Source of the DNA: Bdellovibrionales bacterium
GTDB lineage: Bacteria; Bdellovibrionota; Bdellovibrionia; Bdellovibrionales; UBA1609
DNA length: 64,000 nucleotides
Assembly (NCBI GenBank): GCA_965219095.1
Contig: CBDCMT010000001.1
Span: 1,312,001-1,376,000 of the forward strand
Direction of reading: 5' to 3'
A program made the position numbers and the translations under genes. A model generated the notes under the pieces. It was not told the origin of the DNA and made no database searches. It worked only from the letters and a program-made list of their open reading frames with translations. Below, in pieces: positions 1-9,488 of the stretch; position 1 is the stretch's first letter; the number at the start of each line of letters is the position of its first letter.

Positions 1-817
1 ATACTTCTTAATGAATATGATAGAGCATATCACATAGAAAAACTTCGTTAACTGTCTTATAACTCCTGACTACCGTCTTCAAACTATTGATCTCAATAGC
101 TCCACAAACATTCACTCTTTTTCTCCAGCCTGAATTGGTCTTCACTTCAAACTTCTTACCCTCTCTTATCCAACCATATGAAATCGTAGGGCCCCACTCA
201 GGATGTGTGGAATCAGCAAAGTAAACAGGACCGTCTTTCTTCTTAATTCTCTTGTATTTACGCACAAACTTTTCCTGCTCTTCTTTCTTTACCTTACCTG
301 GTATCGCTGTGGCTTTTTTATAAGAAAAACCAAGGCAATGGAGAAGATCAATTACACCACTTGTTAAAGTACGTAACACCAAAATTCTCCTCAATGAACT
401 GAATAAGGGCCTGTGATGATGGAAAAATTCTTTTCTCTAATTCCTTTAAAAGCATTTTCTCCTCTTTCTTAGTTAAAAAGGACCTTTTAGGTTGTAATTG
501 TCGTTGATTAAGCACTCTATCCCGCCTTTGTTATAACGATCTCTACAGGCTCTTATCGTGCCCTCATCAATGAAAAGAAAACGGGAAATATCTTTACACA
601 ACTCACCTTTATCTAAATGGAGAATTGTCATAATCCTTTTTGCGTATTTAAGATTTTTCTCTAGAGATAGTTCATAGAGTAAATCTTTTCGCTCTTTTTT
701 TGATAGAAACCCTGATATATGAAACTATTTTTAAAAATAAATGACTTTTTATCAAGACCTTAGAACAAAAACTAGACCTCAACTCAAAAAAAACGGAAAA
801 TCTAAACGGAAGCACTA
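1..817 (-). mobile_element. IS630-family element type A, frameshifted, cut by window edge
   Basis: End ...AAACGGAAGCACTA then TA; near-identical to 32210-33347; transposase in broken frames (ORF 8-394 with FSYKK and YFADSTHP). Confidence 0.9.
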
Positions 818-819
818 TA

Positions 820-1290
820 TATGCAGTAAGGACAAGAGATTCAAATCTTGTAAAGTCTCTTCTCGAATTTCCAGTAATAAATGTAAATTATAAAGATTAT
901 GAAACAGAAATGACAACACTTATGTGGGCAGCAATTAAAGGACAGTCCGATATTGTAGAGCTTCTTTCTAAAGTTAAAGGTTTAGATGTAAATGCTAAAG
1001 ATAATGGCGGAAGGACAACACTTATGTGGGCAGCAATTGGAGGATTTTTCCATAGTGTAAAGTTTCTTTCTAAAGTTAAAGGTTTAGATGTAAATGCTAA
1101 AGATAATAACGGAATGACAGCACTTATGTTGGCCGCAAGTAAAGGACGTCTCGATAATGTAAAGGTTCTTTCTAAAGTTTCAAATGTAAATGCTAAAGAT
1201 AATAGCGGAAGGACAGCACTTATGCATGCAGAAATTCAAGGACATTTAGATGTAGTAGACTTTCTCAAAGGACTGGTATTGAAAAAGTAA
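820..1290 (+). pseudogene. Ankyrin-repeat protein, 5' end truncated by IS630 insertion
   Basis: Repeats TTLMWAA..G..VNAKD; the frame stays open upstream of ATG 910 to 820 (YAVRTRDSNLVKSLLEFPVINVNYKD, another repeat) and runs into the IS end. Confidence 0.85.
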
Positions 1291-1309
1291 AGTCAGAAAA
1301 CTGTATTAT

Positions 1310-1802
1310 GAGCCTGTAAATTAAATTGTGTAACTGATTTTTTCATTTTAAATATCACTTCCTTGACAAACAGCCATGTATCCTTTTGAAGGTTGTTTTT
1401 TTATAAACCTAGTACAGCATAACATAGTTATGTGAGTCGGTTGCTATTCTCCCTACCATTTTCTTGAGGAGTTTGTTCGTGATTTGTTCGTGATTAACTA
1501 TCCAAAACTGTGAAAAAGTGTGTGCATTTGGCCTGAAACAAGGAAGTGTTATACCAATTACAGAAATTAATTCGACATTTTTATGTTCAAATTTAAAATT
1601 TTAAAATTGACTTAAGGAAAAGTTTCAATTAGGAGGCTTTAAAAAAGTTTTTTTTGAAGGGAGGTTGAGTTTTCATAAGATATGTTTATTTTATGTATAT
1701 CTATTGTTGTGTGAATCGATTGATGGGTTAAAATAAGTGTAAAAAAGTGAGGTTAAGATGTAAAATGAAAAAAATCAGTTACGCAATTTAATTTATAGGT
1801 TC
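1310..1802. mobile_element. Pair of ~42-bp inverted repeats of IS256-family type (MITE-like remnant)
   Basis: GAGCCTGTAAATTAAATTGTGTAACTGATTTTTTCATTTTA at 1310 versus its near reverse complement at 1761-1802; resembles IS285/IS1414-type termini from memory. Confidence 0.55.
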
Positions 1803-2121
1803 AAATTAATTTACAAGCTTGATTCATCTTGTTGTTTTGCCCAAGATCGAGTGCATAATTTTTTAATCCTGCCCTCCTGATCGCAAAAAGTATTCCAGGC
1901 CTCACAACAAGTATTCAGTATATGGTCATAGTTTTTAAAACATGCATTCGATAATTTGATCCTTCGTAATTGTTGCCAGACTTGTTCCATGGGATTTAAT
2001 TCTGGACTATAAGGAGGTAAAGGCATCATGGATAAATTCTTAGGAACTATCAAAGTCTCTGTGGTATGCCAACTGGCTCTGTCCATTAAAACAATTCCAT
2101 GATAGTTTTCTTGAATATTTT
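1550..2121 (-). mobile_element. IS630-family type B, 3' part (C-terminal transposase fragment plus end)
   Basis: ORF 1811-2131 has VLMDRASWH and LPPYSPELNPMEQVW; end TATACCAATTACAGAAATTAATTCGACATT at 1550 is also present at ~6975. Confidence 0.85.
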
Positions 2122-2169
2122 GCCTCCTCAAAAGAATCTGTGGGTTCCCGGAGGTTCTTTTGAGGAGGC
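2122..2169. repeat. 48-bp mini-element made of two ISL3 right ends head to head
   Basis: GCCTCCTCAAAAGAA (2122-2136) / TTCTTTTGAGGAGGC (2155-2169), a perfect 15-bp IR identical to the ISL3 right end. Confidence 0.85.
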
Positions 2170-2505
2170 AAAAAATTAAGAATCTATCAGGGTAAGTAAT
2201 CGTAAGCAGAAAATAGGCCTAAAGAATCCCTTTAAAAGCTTGATAGCTAAACTATCAAGTAAAAAAAGCTCATCATCCACACCTACATGGAAAAACAAAA
2301 TCATTCAAGACGTAGCTCTCTTTTTTAGCGGTCTTTTTTGAACAAGTTGATAAAAGGCTTAACGGACTTAAGACTTAAGAAAAGAAAAAAAAGCTCTCTT
2401 CTTTTCTCTTCATGAGACAAGTATGGTTCAAAAAAACACTTTTTTCATAGGAGGCTTGCTTTAAAAAGAACCTTAGGTTATGGTAAAATTAGGGGGATGT
2501 GGTAG

Positions 2506-3337
2506 ATGAGTAGAGAGAGAGAGAGCGTCATGGATTCCTCTAATAACGTGTGTAACAAACTTCTTTGTCTGCTTTTTTGGTTTTTCTTTTCGAAAAAACC
2601 AAGCTAAAGAAAAACAAAAAGGATTTACTGTACTAGAGCTTCTTGTAACAGTAGCCATAGTTGGGGTTTTAGCTAGCATAGGATACTCAGCCTATAACAA
2701 CTACAAAAGAAAGGCTATTGCTTCTAACGGAAAAGTCTTAGTGTCTAATCTTTTCACAATGTACAAAACTGTGCTTTATGAACAAAATCCTAAGACAACA
2801 CTGGTAACCGGTCTGGGTGGGGGGACTTTCTCTGGCTTTAGCACTTACACTGAAGGCTTTGGTTTTAGGGATGCTTTTTATGATTTAGCATGTGATAAGA
2901 ATGACGGATCTGTATCTTACTTTACAAGTCAAGTTATTGTCTATTTTGATAGAACAAACTTTGATAGAACAAACCCTTTAAATCCACACGCAATTCTCAC
3001 TACTTTTTATTTAGGAGGCAATGGCAACGATAATCATTCAGAAGAATGTCCTAGCAAGTACGAATTTAAAGATAGTACCGACCGGACTACATCTGCTAGC
3101 AGATTACCATTAGTCAATTATCCTCCCCCACAAAGCGTATATCCAAATAGCCTTCATTTTAATTATTGTGAAAGTAATAACCCTACTCCTGGTGGTGTTC
3201 CTAACCCAATTTGTTATGATGGTGTCGGTGTTGAGATGTACCTAAACAAAACCATAAGAGTTTGCCTTAACCTTGATGGTTTGGCAACTGATAGCACGAA
3301 AGATTGGACTCCTAAAGAATGCGGTGGCTCTCTTTAA
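2506..3337 (+). CDS. Type IV prepilin-like protein; start codon out of frame across an (AG)7 tract
   Basis: KG/FTVLELLVTVAIVGVLASIG prepilin motif at 2618-2680 is in frame with ORF 2741-3337; C-terminal Cys residues; ATG at 2506 with upstream GGGGGA is in a different frame. Confidence 0.8.
2512..2525 (+). repeat. (AG)7 dinucleotide tract directly after the pilin ATG AGT
   Basis: ATGAGT AGAGAGAGAGAGAG CGTC read directly. Confidence 0.95.
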
Positions 3338-3942
3338 TAGAGTAAAAAAATCTTTTTCCCTTTACATTTTAAATAAACCTTACACAGACAAAAGAAACTT
3401 CATAAGAATAAAAACAAAAAAATAAGAACTTCGCAAACCCTACTACATAAAAAAAATGGCCTCTTCAAAAGAATCTGATTCTTTAAAACTTCCTATTCCA
3501 GTCACTTACAAGAAAAAAGTAAAAGAAAGGGTTAAAAAGCTTTTAAGCTCAAATGAGCATACTTAGTGTGTGTAACTATTTTTTTTCACTTTTCTGAGTT
3601 TTTGAGCTTTGAAAGCTCTTTGTCTTTTTTCTCAAACAAAGCTTCATTTTCCTCAAACAAAACTTGTATGAGTCGAAATAGTGGAGTAATTTTTAACGTA
3701 ACATACTTCATTTACTTCTTTTTTTCAAATTTTAATAAAAATAGTATTGCAAAAAAGACGGTATTATGAGATTGCAATTCTTTTTAAAACATGACTTCTA
3801 AAGTTATCACTTCTAAACCCTCTTGTTCTTTTAAATAAGCAAATTTAAGAAAAAATCTGAGCCTTTAAAAATCAAAGAAAGCTAAAAGGTGGAGTTTACG
3901 ACCTAAGTTTGACAACACAAGAGATACATAAACATTTTCTGA

Positions 3943-4334
3943 CCCGACTTCAGCGTTTTCCACTACTAAAACTTCATAAAGTGTGCGAGCTATGTTTAGA
4001 ACAGAGTTGGGGGGTATTTTTCCAGACAGTGCATTTGTAGTGTCAGAAATCTTTTTTTGAGGTCTTTTCAAGGCTGGAAATTTCTTTTAACATTTAAATA
4101 TGTTTGTAAAAAAGATTCCAAGAAAGAATAGTTCTATTTCAGTTCAGATTGTAGAGAACAAGAGAGTGCAGAATAAAGTCATCCAAAAAACCATTCAACA
4201 TTTGGGGCAATATACAGTTTTAACCCCTAAAATCATATAAAAATCTATAAGGCACCGTTTAAAATGTAGTGATCACGGTTTTGCGTAACTACTTGAAATC
4301 ATTAGATTCTTGAAAAGAAAACGCTGAAGTCGGG
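3943..4334 (+). mobile_element. Internally deleted IS1634-family element (MITE) with 46-aa residual ORF 4100-4240
   Basis: Perfect 18-bp IR CCCGACTTCAGCGTTTTC / GAAAACGCTGAAGTCGGG; ORF MFVKKIPRKNSSISVQIVENKRVQNKVIQKTIQHLG resembles the N-terminus of the transposase at 13238. Confidence 0.8.
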
Positions 4335-4335
4335 A

Positions 4336-4728
4336 GAAAGTAAAATTAAGGCATTTAATACAGTACAATTTAAAAAGTATCCGCTGTTATTTTTTAAAAG
4401 AAGACTTCCGACAGTTATGGACCTATGTTTCACCAACTTGGGCTGGTAAATTTATAGACAGTTGGACGAGACGAGTCATGCTTTCAAAAATTGAACCTAT
4501 GAAAAGAGAAGCAAAAACCATACGAAGACATAAGCTACTTATTCTTAATTACTTCAAGGCTAAAAAAGCCTTCTCCTCAGGGATTGTAGAGGGTTTAAAC
4601 AACAAAGTAAAACTCACTATGAGAAAATCTTACGGCTTTAGAACCTCTAAAGCTATAAAAATCACCTTATATCATAACCTTGGAAAACTGCCAGAACCTC
4701 CGGGAACCCACAGATTCTTTTGAAGAGC
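4336..4728 (+). mobile_element. ISL3 3' fragment with right end
   Basis: Near-identical to the 3' end of the full ISL3 copies; ORF 4478-4723. Confidence 0.9.
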
Positions 4729-4731
4729 AAA

Positions 4732-5452
4732 TTATCTTTGTCTCACAACTCTAGGTCGTGTGCCTTTTCTTGCCCAAATCCTGCTTAAAGAACCTTGCTG
4801 GCCTATTCTGCATTCATCCTGCCACCAAATCTCTATTTTATGAGTCTGAATCTTTTCCTTTATTTTCTCCACCTCTTCTGGAAAATGTTCCTTAAACTGT
4901 TTCATAGCTTCTTGTGAACTTTTAGGATGAAGAGAACGACCACTGATCCATACAATATTAAGGCGGTCTAAAAGAGCATAAACCCCAGAAAGAGAATAGC
5001 AACAGTCAAATTCATTTGCTAAAAGTTCCTGTATTCCCTTTGCTCCTATGCTTCCTCCTTCTCTCTTGTCTTGAATTTCATCTAACTTGATTTTGAAGTT
5101 CTCTTCTTCTGTCACTGGTAAACGAGGCTTGCGCCCTCTGCCTTCTCGATCTATCAACCCCTCGTAATCAAAGTCTACAAAAGACTGTAACCAGGATTTG
5201 ATACTGTGACGGTGATAGAAAACTATACTTGCTGTTTCTTGAATCGATTTTCCTTCTTGCATATGCTGCAAAGCTTGGAGTTTTATCTTGATGTTGGCAC
5301 TTCTTTCTACTTTGTAAGTAGCTAGAAAATTATACCCTTGAATCTGTGTAACTAAATCTTTTTTCGACACTCTAAAAATTTAACAGAGTTTGATCAAAAA
5401 GCCAGGACGCTATGCGTTAAAAGAATGTCGAATTAATTTTTGGAAATGGTAT
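4732..5452 (-). mobile_element. IS630-family type B, 5' part (HTH to first catalytic D), truncated by ISL3 end
   Basis: ORF 4732-5370 with GRGRKPRL and WWQDECRIG; left end ...GAATGTCGAATTAATTTTTGGAAATGGTA is inverted relative to the 1550 end. Confidence 0.85.
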
Positions 5453-5513
5453 TAGTTATTGTTTTTATTCTCTTTTTAGTGTTTTCAAGAGGTTATACAA
5501 AATAACCCCTCGG

Positions 5514-5757
5514 TTTAACTCGATCCGATGAAATCTCTGGAATCATGGAAGGAGCTATGACATCACAGGCTATTTTTGCTTCGTCAAACTGTCTTTTGAG
5601 ACTGAAACCTAATATACATTATATTTTTCATTGGATGACCTCCTTTTTTGTTGTTAATAGTAAGCTCCTTTTTATGAGCTTACTTCTTAGATGAGTCTAA
5701 CTCTTCTAATCAGGGTTTTTAAGTCCCAGCTTTTCAAAAAAAGGCTGGTCATCCATA
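5514..5757 (-). mobile_element. IS110-family remnant: structured left end plus deleted recombinase 5' fragment
   Basis: GGAGG-N7-ATG at 5631 gives MKNIMYI; the shifted frame gives GFSLKRQFDEAKIACDVIAPSMIPEISSDRVK, typical of IS110 (V.APS.IP....D.VKTD). Confidence 0.75.
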
Positions 5758-5772
5758 TTTTCTTTTTGATAG

Positions 5773-5858
5773 ACACTCTAAAAAATTAACAGGGTTTGAT
5801 CAAAAAGTACGTACGCTATGCGACAAAGGAATATCGCGTTAATTTTTGGAAATGATAT
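5773..5858 (-). repeat. Solo IS630 type B left end (similar solo ends at 16488-16522, 18408-18494, 38218-38305)
   Basis: GACACTCTAAAAA...TTTTTGGAAATG matches 5366-5452. Confidence 0.8.
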
Positions 5859-6017
5859 AACTAAGCTTATAAGAAAATACTACTCAGAAGTAAAGGACGA
5901 ATTATAAAATTAGCTAATTCATCTGTTATAAGATCATGTCATGTTCGGAAGGGGTTCAGGAAGGAGTCTATAAAACACTCTATGAAAAATATAGGGAAAA
6001 AATAAGGAAGTAAAAAT

Positions 6018-7028
6018 ATGAAAGAATTTATTAATACAATTGTCCATAAAGACTCTTTAAAGTTTTTACCAAAATTAAAGAATTCCTCTATTGATCTTGT
6101 CCTAACAGATCCACCCTACTTTCTTGACAAAATGGATCAAAATTGGGATACAAAAAAAGTAAATAACAAAAAAAATCTCCAAACTATAAAATCTCTTCCT
6201 GCAGGAATGAGGTTTGATAAAGAGCAGGGTAAAAAATTTTATTCGTGGTATTTTAAAATATCAAAAGAAATGTTTAGAGTCTTAAAGCCAGGGGGTTTTT
6301 TATTTTCATTTTCAAGCCCCAGACTTTATCATAGAATGACCTGTGCTATAGATGATGCAGGCTTTGAAATAAAAGATAGTTTTATATGGCTTTACACTCA
6401 AAATCAGCCCAAAGCCATGAGTTTAAACCACTTTATTAAGAAACTAGATATTTCTCAAAAAAAGAAAGAGGAAATAATTGACAATTTATCAGGCTGGAAA
6501 ACTCCTCAAGTTAAATCTTGCTTTGAACCCATTGCAATGGCTCAAAAACCTACAGAGGGAACGTTTTTGAAAAATACTTTAAAACACAATGTCTCCTTAG
6601 TGAATACAAATCTTAAGCAAGGTTTAAACAAAGACATGTTTGCTTCTAATGTTTTATCTAGTGAGGAGATAAGTAAAGTTATTGATAGGGCTTTTTTAGT
6701 TGGAAAACCCAAAAAAAGTGAAAGAGGTGCTTTTAATAATCATAAAACTGTTAAACCTCTATCTTTATGTGAGTATTTAATTGCTCTAACAACAAGAGAG
6801 GGCTCATTAGTTTTAGATCCTTTTTCAGGAAGCGGAACAACTGCTGTAGCTTGTAAAAAGCTAAAGAGAAATTTTATAGCTATTGAAATGAATAAAGAAT
6901 ACATTGATATTTCAAATCGAAGATTGAAAAATATTTCTTCTTTACCTTTCAGAGAAGTACCACACTATAGTTTAATACCAATTACAGAAATTAATTCGAC
7001 ATTTTTATGTTCAAATTTAAAATTTTAG
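6018..7028 (+). CDS. Site-specific DNA methyltransferase (N4-C/N6-A, beta-class motif order), orphan
   Basis: Motif IV DPPY near the N-terminus, motif I DPFSGSGTT near the C-terminus; the last ~17 codons come from an IS630-B end. Confidence 0.9.
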   Translation: MKEFINTIVHKDSLKFLPKLKNSSIDLVLTDPPYFLDKMDQNWDTKKVNNKKNLQTIKSLPAGMRFDKEQGKKFYSWYFKISKEMFRVLKPGGFLFSFSSPRLYHRMTCAIDDAGFEIKDSFIWLYTQNQPKAMSLNHFIKKLDISQKKKEEIIDNLSGWKTPQVKSCFEPIAMAQKPTEGTFLKNTLKHNVSLVNTNLKQGLNKDMFASNVLSSEEISKVIDRAFLVGKPKKSERGAFNNHKTVKPLSLCEYLIALTTREGSLVLDPFSGSGTTAVACKKLKRNFIAIEMNKEYIDISNRRLKNISSLPFREVPHYSLIPITEINSTFLCSNLKF

Positions 7029-7192
7029 AATTGACTTAAGGAAAAGCTTCAGTTAGGAGATTTTAAAAAAACTTCTTTTGAGGGGGGGTGAGTTTTCATA
7101 AGATATGTTTATTTCATGTATATAGTGCTTCCGCTTAGGTTTTCCGTTTTTTTTTGAGTTGAGGTCTAGTTTTTATTCTAAGGCCTATAAAA
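6975..7192. mobile_element. IS630-B right end followed by IS630-A left end
   Basis: 6975-7120 repeats 1551-1700; 7121-7186 TAGTGCTTCCG..GAGGTCTAGTTTTTATTCTAAGGCC matches the reverse complement of 33284-33347. Confidence 0.8.
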
Positions 7193-8237
7193 GAGGATGT
7201 CCGTAATCCCGTTAGGGTTTCAGAAGGGACTTTTTCATAATTAAGCTATCTCCATTTGTTTTTCAAGGGTTATTTTATTTATTTCTTCTATAAATAGAGG
7301 GATTTGTTTATGTCCCCTGATAGTGCGAAATTTTTTCTCGACATGTAACAAGGAAGCTGCGACCCATAAGGAGATTTGTCGAGGGTTTTTTTTCCAATTC
7401 TTCACTCTTCCTGTTTGTTGACGAACGATAGAGAAGGCACTTTCTATTGGGTTCGTAGAGCTTAAAGTCTTTCGTAAAAGAGGAGGAGTTTTTAAACGAA
7501 GGACTGTCAATGTTTCTAAATGGGCTTCTTTAAGACTTTCTGAAGCTTCAGAGCTTATTTTTTTAAGCCACTTCAGAAGACTATCATGTTCTTTTTTAGC
7601 ACTTTCATAATCTTCCAATCCATGAAGTTTTTTCCAACGTCTTTTAAACTCTAAGTGCTTTTCTTTGGGAAGATAGGAGAGGATATTCCTCTCCTTATGA
7701 TGAATGCATCTTTGAACCAAAGAGTTCTGTCCAAAAACATCATTGATGGATTTGCGAAGAGCTTTGCTTCCGTCAGTCACAAACAGTTTTTTGCTATCTT
7801 GTGGAAGACCACGTTCTATAAGATTTTGCAAGAGGTCTGTCATGATGACAGCGTTCTCTGTAGAGCCTTCTCTGAGACCTAAAATCATCTTTTTTCCTTC
7901 ACTTGTAATTCCAAGAACGCAAATCACTGTTCTTTTTGAAAATTCAATGCCGTCAATCATTAAAGCCACGAAACTTTCTTGTGAAAGATTCCGAGACTGA
8001 ATGGCTTCCAAAGACTTTTGACAACTCATCTTGAAAGCTTTACTGACAGAGGATTTTTTTAAACCTAAGCCGTCTTCCAACTTCCTTTGTAAAGGCTCAT
8101 AGTTTCTGGTGCTGACTCCTCATAGCCCTCATTACATCTTCACAGAGAAGATCAAAGCTCTGGAGAACTGTATAACTCTCCAGAGGAACTTCCTCTTTGT
8201 TTTTTCTAAGACGAGGACGTTGAACTCTTATCCTCTG
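7193..8237 (-). mobile_element. IS256-family element, 5'-truncated by IS3
   Basis: ORF 7241-8080 with LMIDG, FVTDGSKAL, QRCIHHK and STNPIES (Mutator/IS256 DDE motifs). Confidence 0.9.
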
Positions 8238-8266
8238 TGATCTTCCCCCAAAAAAGTGGACAGTTT

Positions 8267-9133
8267 TTATGTTCTTAAAGCCCTCCTTTGTTTAAATTCT
8301 TTTGGGCTCATGTATTTCAAGGAAGAATGCATTCTTACCTTGTTATACCAATCCATGTAAATTGCAATTTTTTTCTCCAACTCTTCCTTTGTTGTACAGT
8401 CTTTGTATTCCAGTTCATCCTTCAACGTATGGAAAAAGCTCTCCACAAACGCATTATCATAACAATTTCCTTTCCTAGACATAGATTGCTTGAGGCCAAA
8501 GAATTTCAATTCTTTTCTAAACCCTTCACAACAATATTGAACCCCTTGATCCGAGTGGATTATCAAGCCCTCTAAGTTCCCAGAAACAGATTGGACTGCG
8601 GCTCTCAGAGCCTGTTTTGAATGAACCCCGTCCAAGCTCTCACAGAGCTTCCAAGACTTAATCTCTCGATTATAGACATCTAAAAATACAACCAAATACA
8701 GAAATTTATCTCTAAAAGGAATATAGGTTAAATCCGAACACCATACCTGGTTTTCTTTTCCTGCTTGGCTCTGTCCTGTCTTAAACAACCGAGGAGACTT
8801 AATCATGAGAGGGTTATTCTTTGTTGTTCTAGGAACATAGGGTTTTTTCTGACGGGCACTGAGATTCTTTAGTTTCATAATTCGAGCTACTTTGTTTTCT
8901 CCAGCACTCACTCCGCAACGCTTTAATTCCCTATACACCCTGGGGGAACCATAACAGCCTTTATTTTTTTTAAAAATAGATTCTATGTTTTTCTCCAGAT
9001 TTTTATCCTTTTCAAGCTTTCCCCTGGTTTTTAAAAAACTATAAAAACCAGAACGAGATCCTCTTAATAATTCGCAGATGCGAAGCACTGGATGCCCTTT
9101 CTCTTTTACATAAAACATAGCCTTAAATCTCAT
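8267..9133 (-). CDS. IS3 transposase OrfB (rve integrase core)
   Basis: WCSDLTY, HSDQGVQY, GNCYDNAFVESFF. Confidence 0.95.
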   Translation of the reverse strand: MRFKAMFYVKEKGHPVLRICELLRGSRSGFYSFLKTRGKLEKDKNLEKNIESIFKKNKGCYGSPRVYRELKRCGVSAGENKVARIMKLKNLSARQKKPYVPRTTKNNPLMIKSPRLFKTGQSQAGKENQVWCSDLTYIPFRDKFLYLVVFLDVYNREIKSWKLCESLDGVHSKQALRAAVQSVSGNLEGLIIHSDQGVQYCCEGFRKELKFFGLKQSMSRKGNCYDNAFVESFFHTLKDELEYKDCTTKEELEKKIAIYMDWYNKVRMHSSLKYMSPKEFKQRRALRT

Positions 9134-9435
9134 TTCAGGATTTCCTTTGAAAAAAAAGCCGCTGCCTCTTTCAATATACCTACACTCCGCCTCTCATAGA
9201 CCAGCTCCTTTTTTAACCTCTTTATTTCCTCCAATGCCGAAGCCAAGTCATGGGAAGCTTGTCTTTCTACTTCAGGCTTTAGAAAACGCTTCCAAGAGCT
9301 TATCACTTGGAAATTTCTCAGTCCTAGCTTCTCTGAGGCTTCCTTTGCACCTATTTCCTCTGCCAATTCAATGGCTTGCTTTTTAAACTCTTCCGAGTAC
9401 TGTTTTACTTTTTCCATTCTTTCTTTTACCTCCAT
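9130..9435 (-). CDS. IS3 OrfA (HTH)
   Basis: YSEEFKKQAIEL...ILKEAAAFF; ATGA overlap with OrfB and a T8 run just before it. Confidence 0.9.
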   Translation of the reverse strand: MEVKERMEKVKQYSEEFKKQAIELAEEIGAKEASEKLGLRNFQVISSWKRFLKPEVERQASHDLASALEEIKRLKKELVYERRSVGILKEAAAFFSKEILK

Positions 9436-9488
9436 TTTATGGAGACTTTAAGAGAAAATTGACTGTCCGCAAAAACAGGGGAAGTTCA

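Larger units (their letters stand above)
8238..9488 (-). mobile_element. IS3-family element (copy 1)
   Basis: TG...CA termini with IR TGATCTTCCCCCAAAAAAGTGGACAG / CTGTCCGCAAAAACAGGGGAAGTTCA; no target duplication. Confidence 0.95.

Noticed and set aside
3459..3477. GCCTCTTCAAAAGAATCTG as another ISL3 element
   Set aside because: Only 19 bp resemble the IR, with no partner or internal sequence; at most a scar
7655..9386. Short ORFs antisense to transposases and housekeeping genes (also 13171, 15869, 17030, 46697, 54377, 57352 etc.)
   Set aside because: Shadow frames of real genes with no motifs of their own
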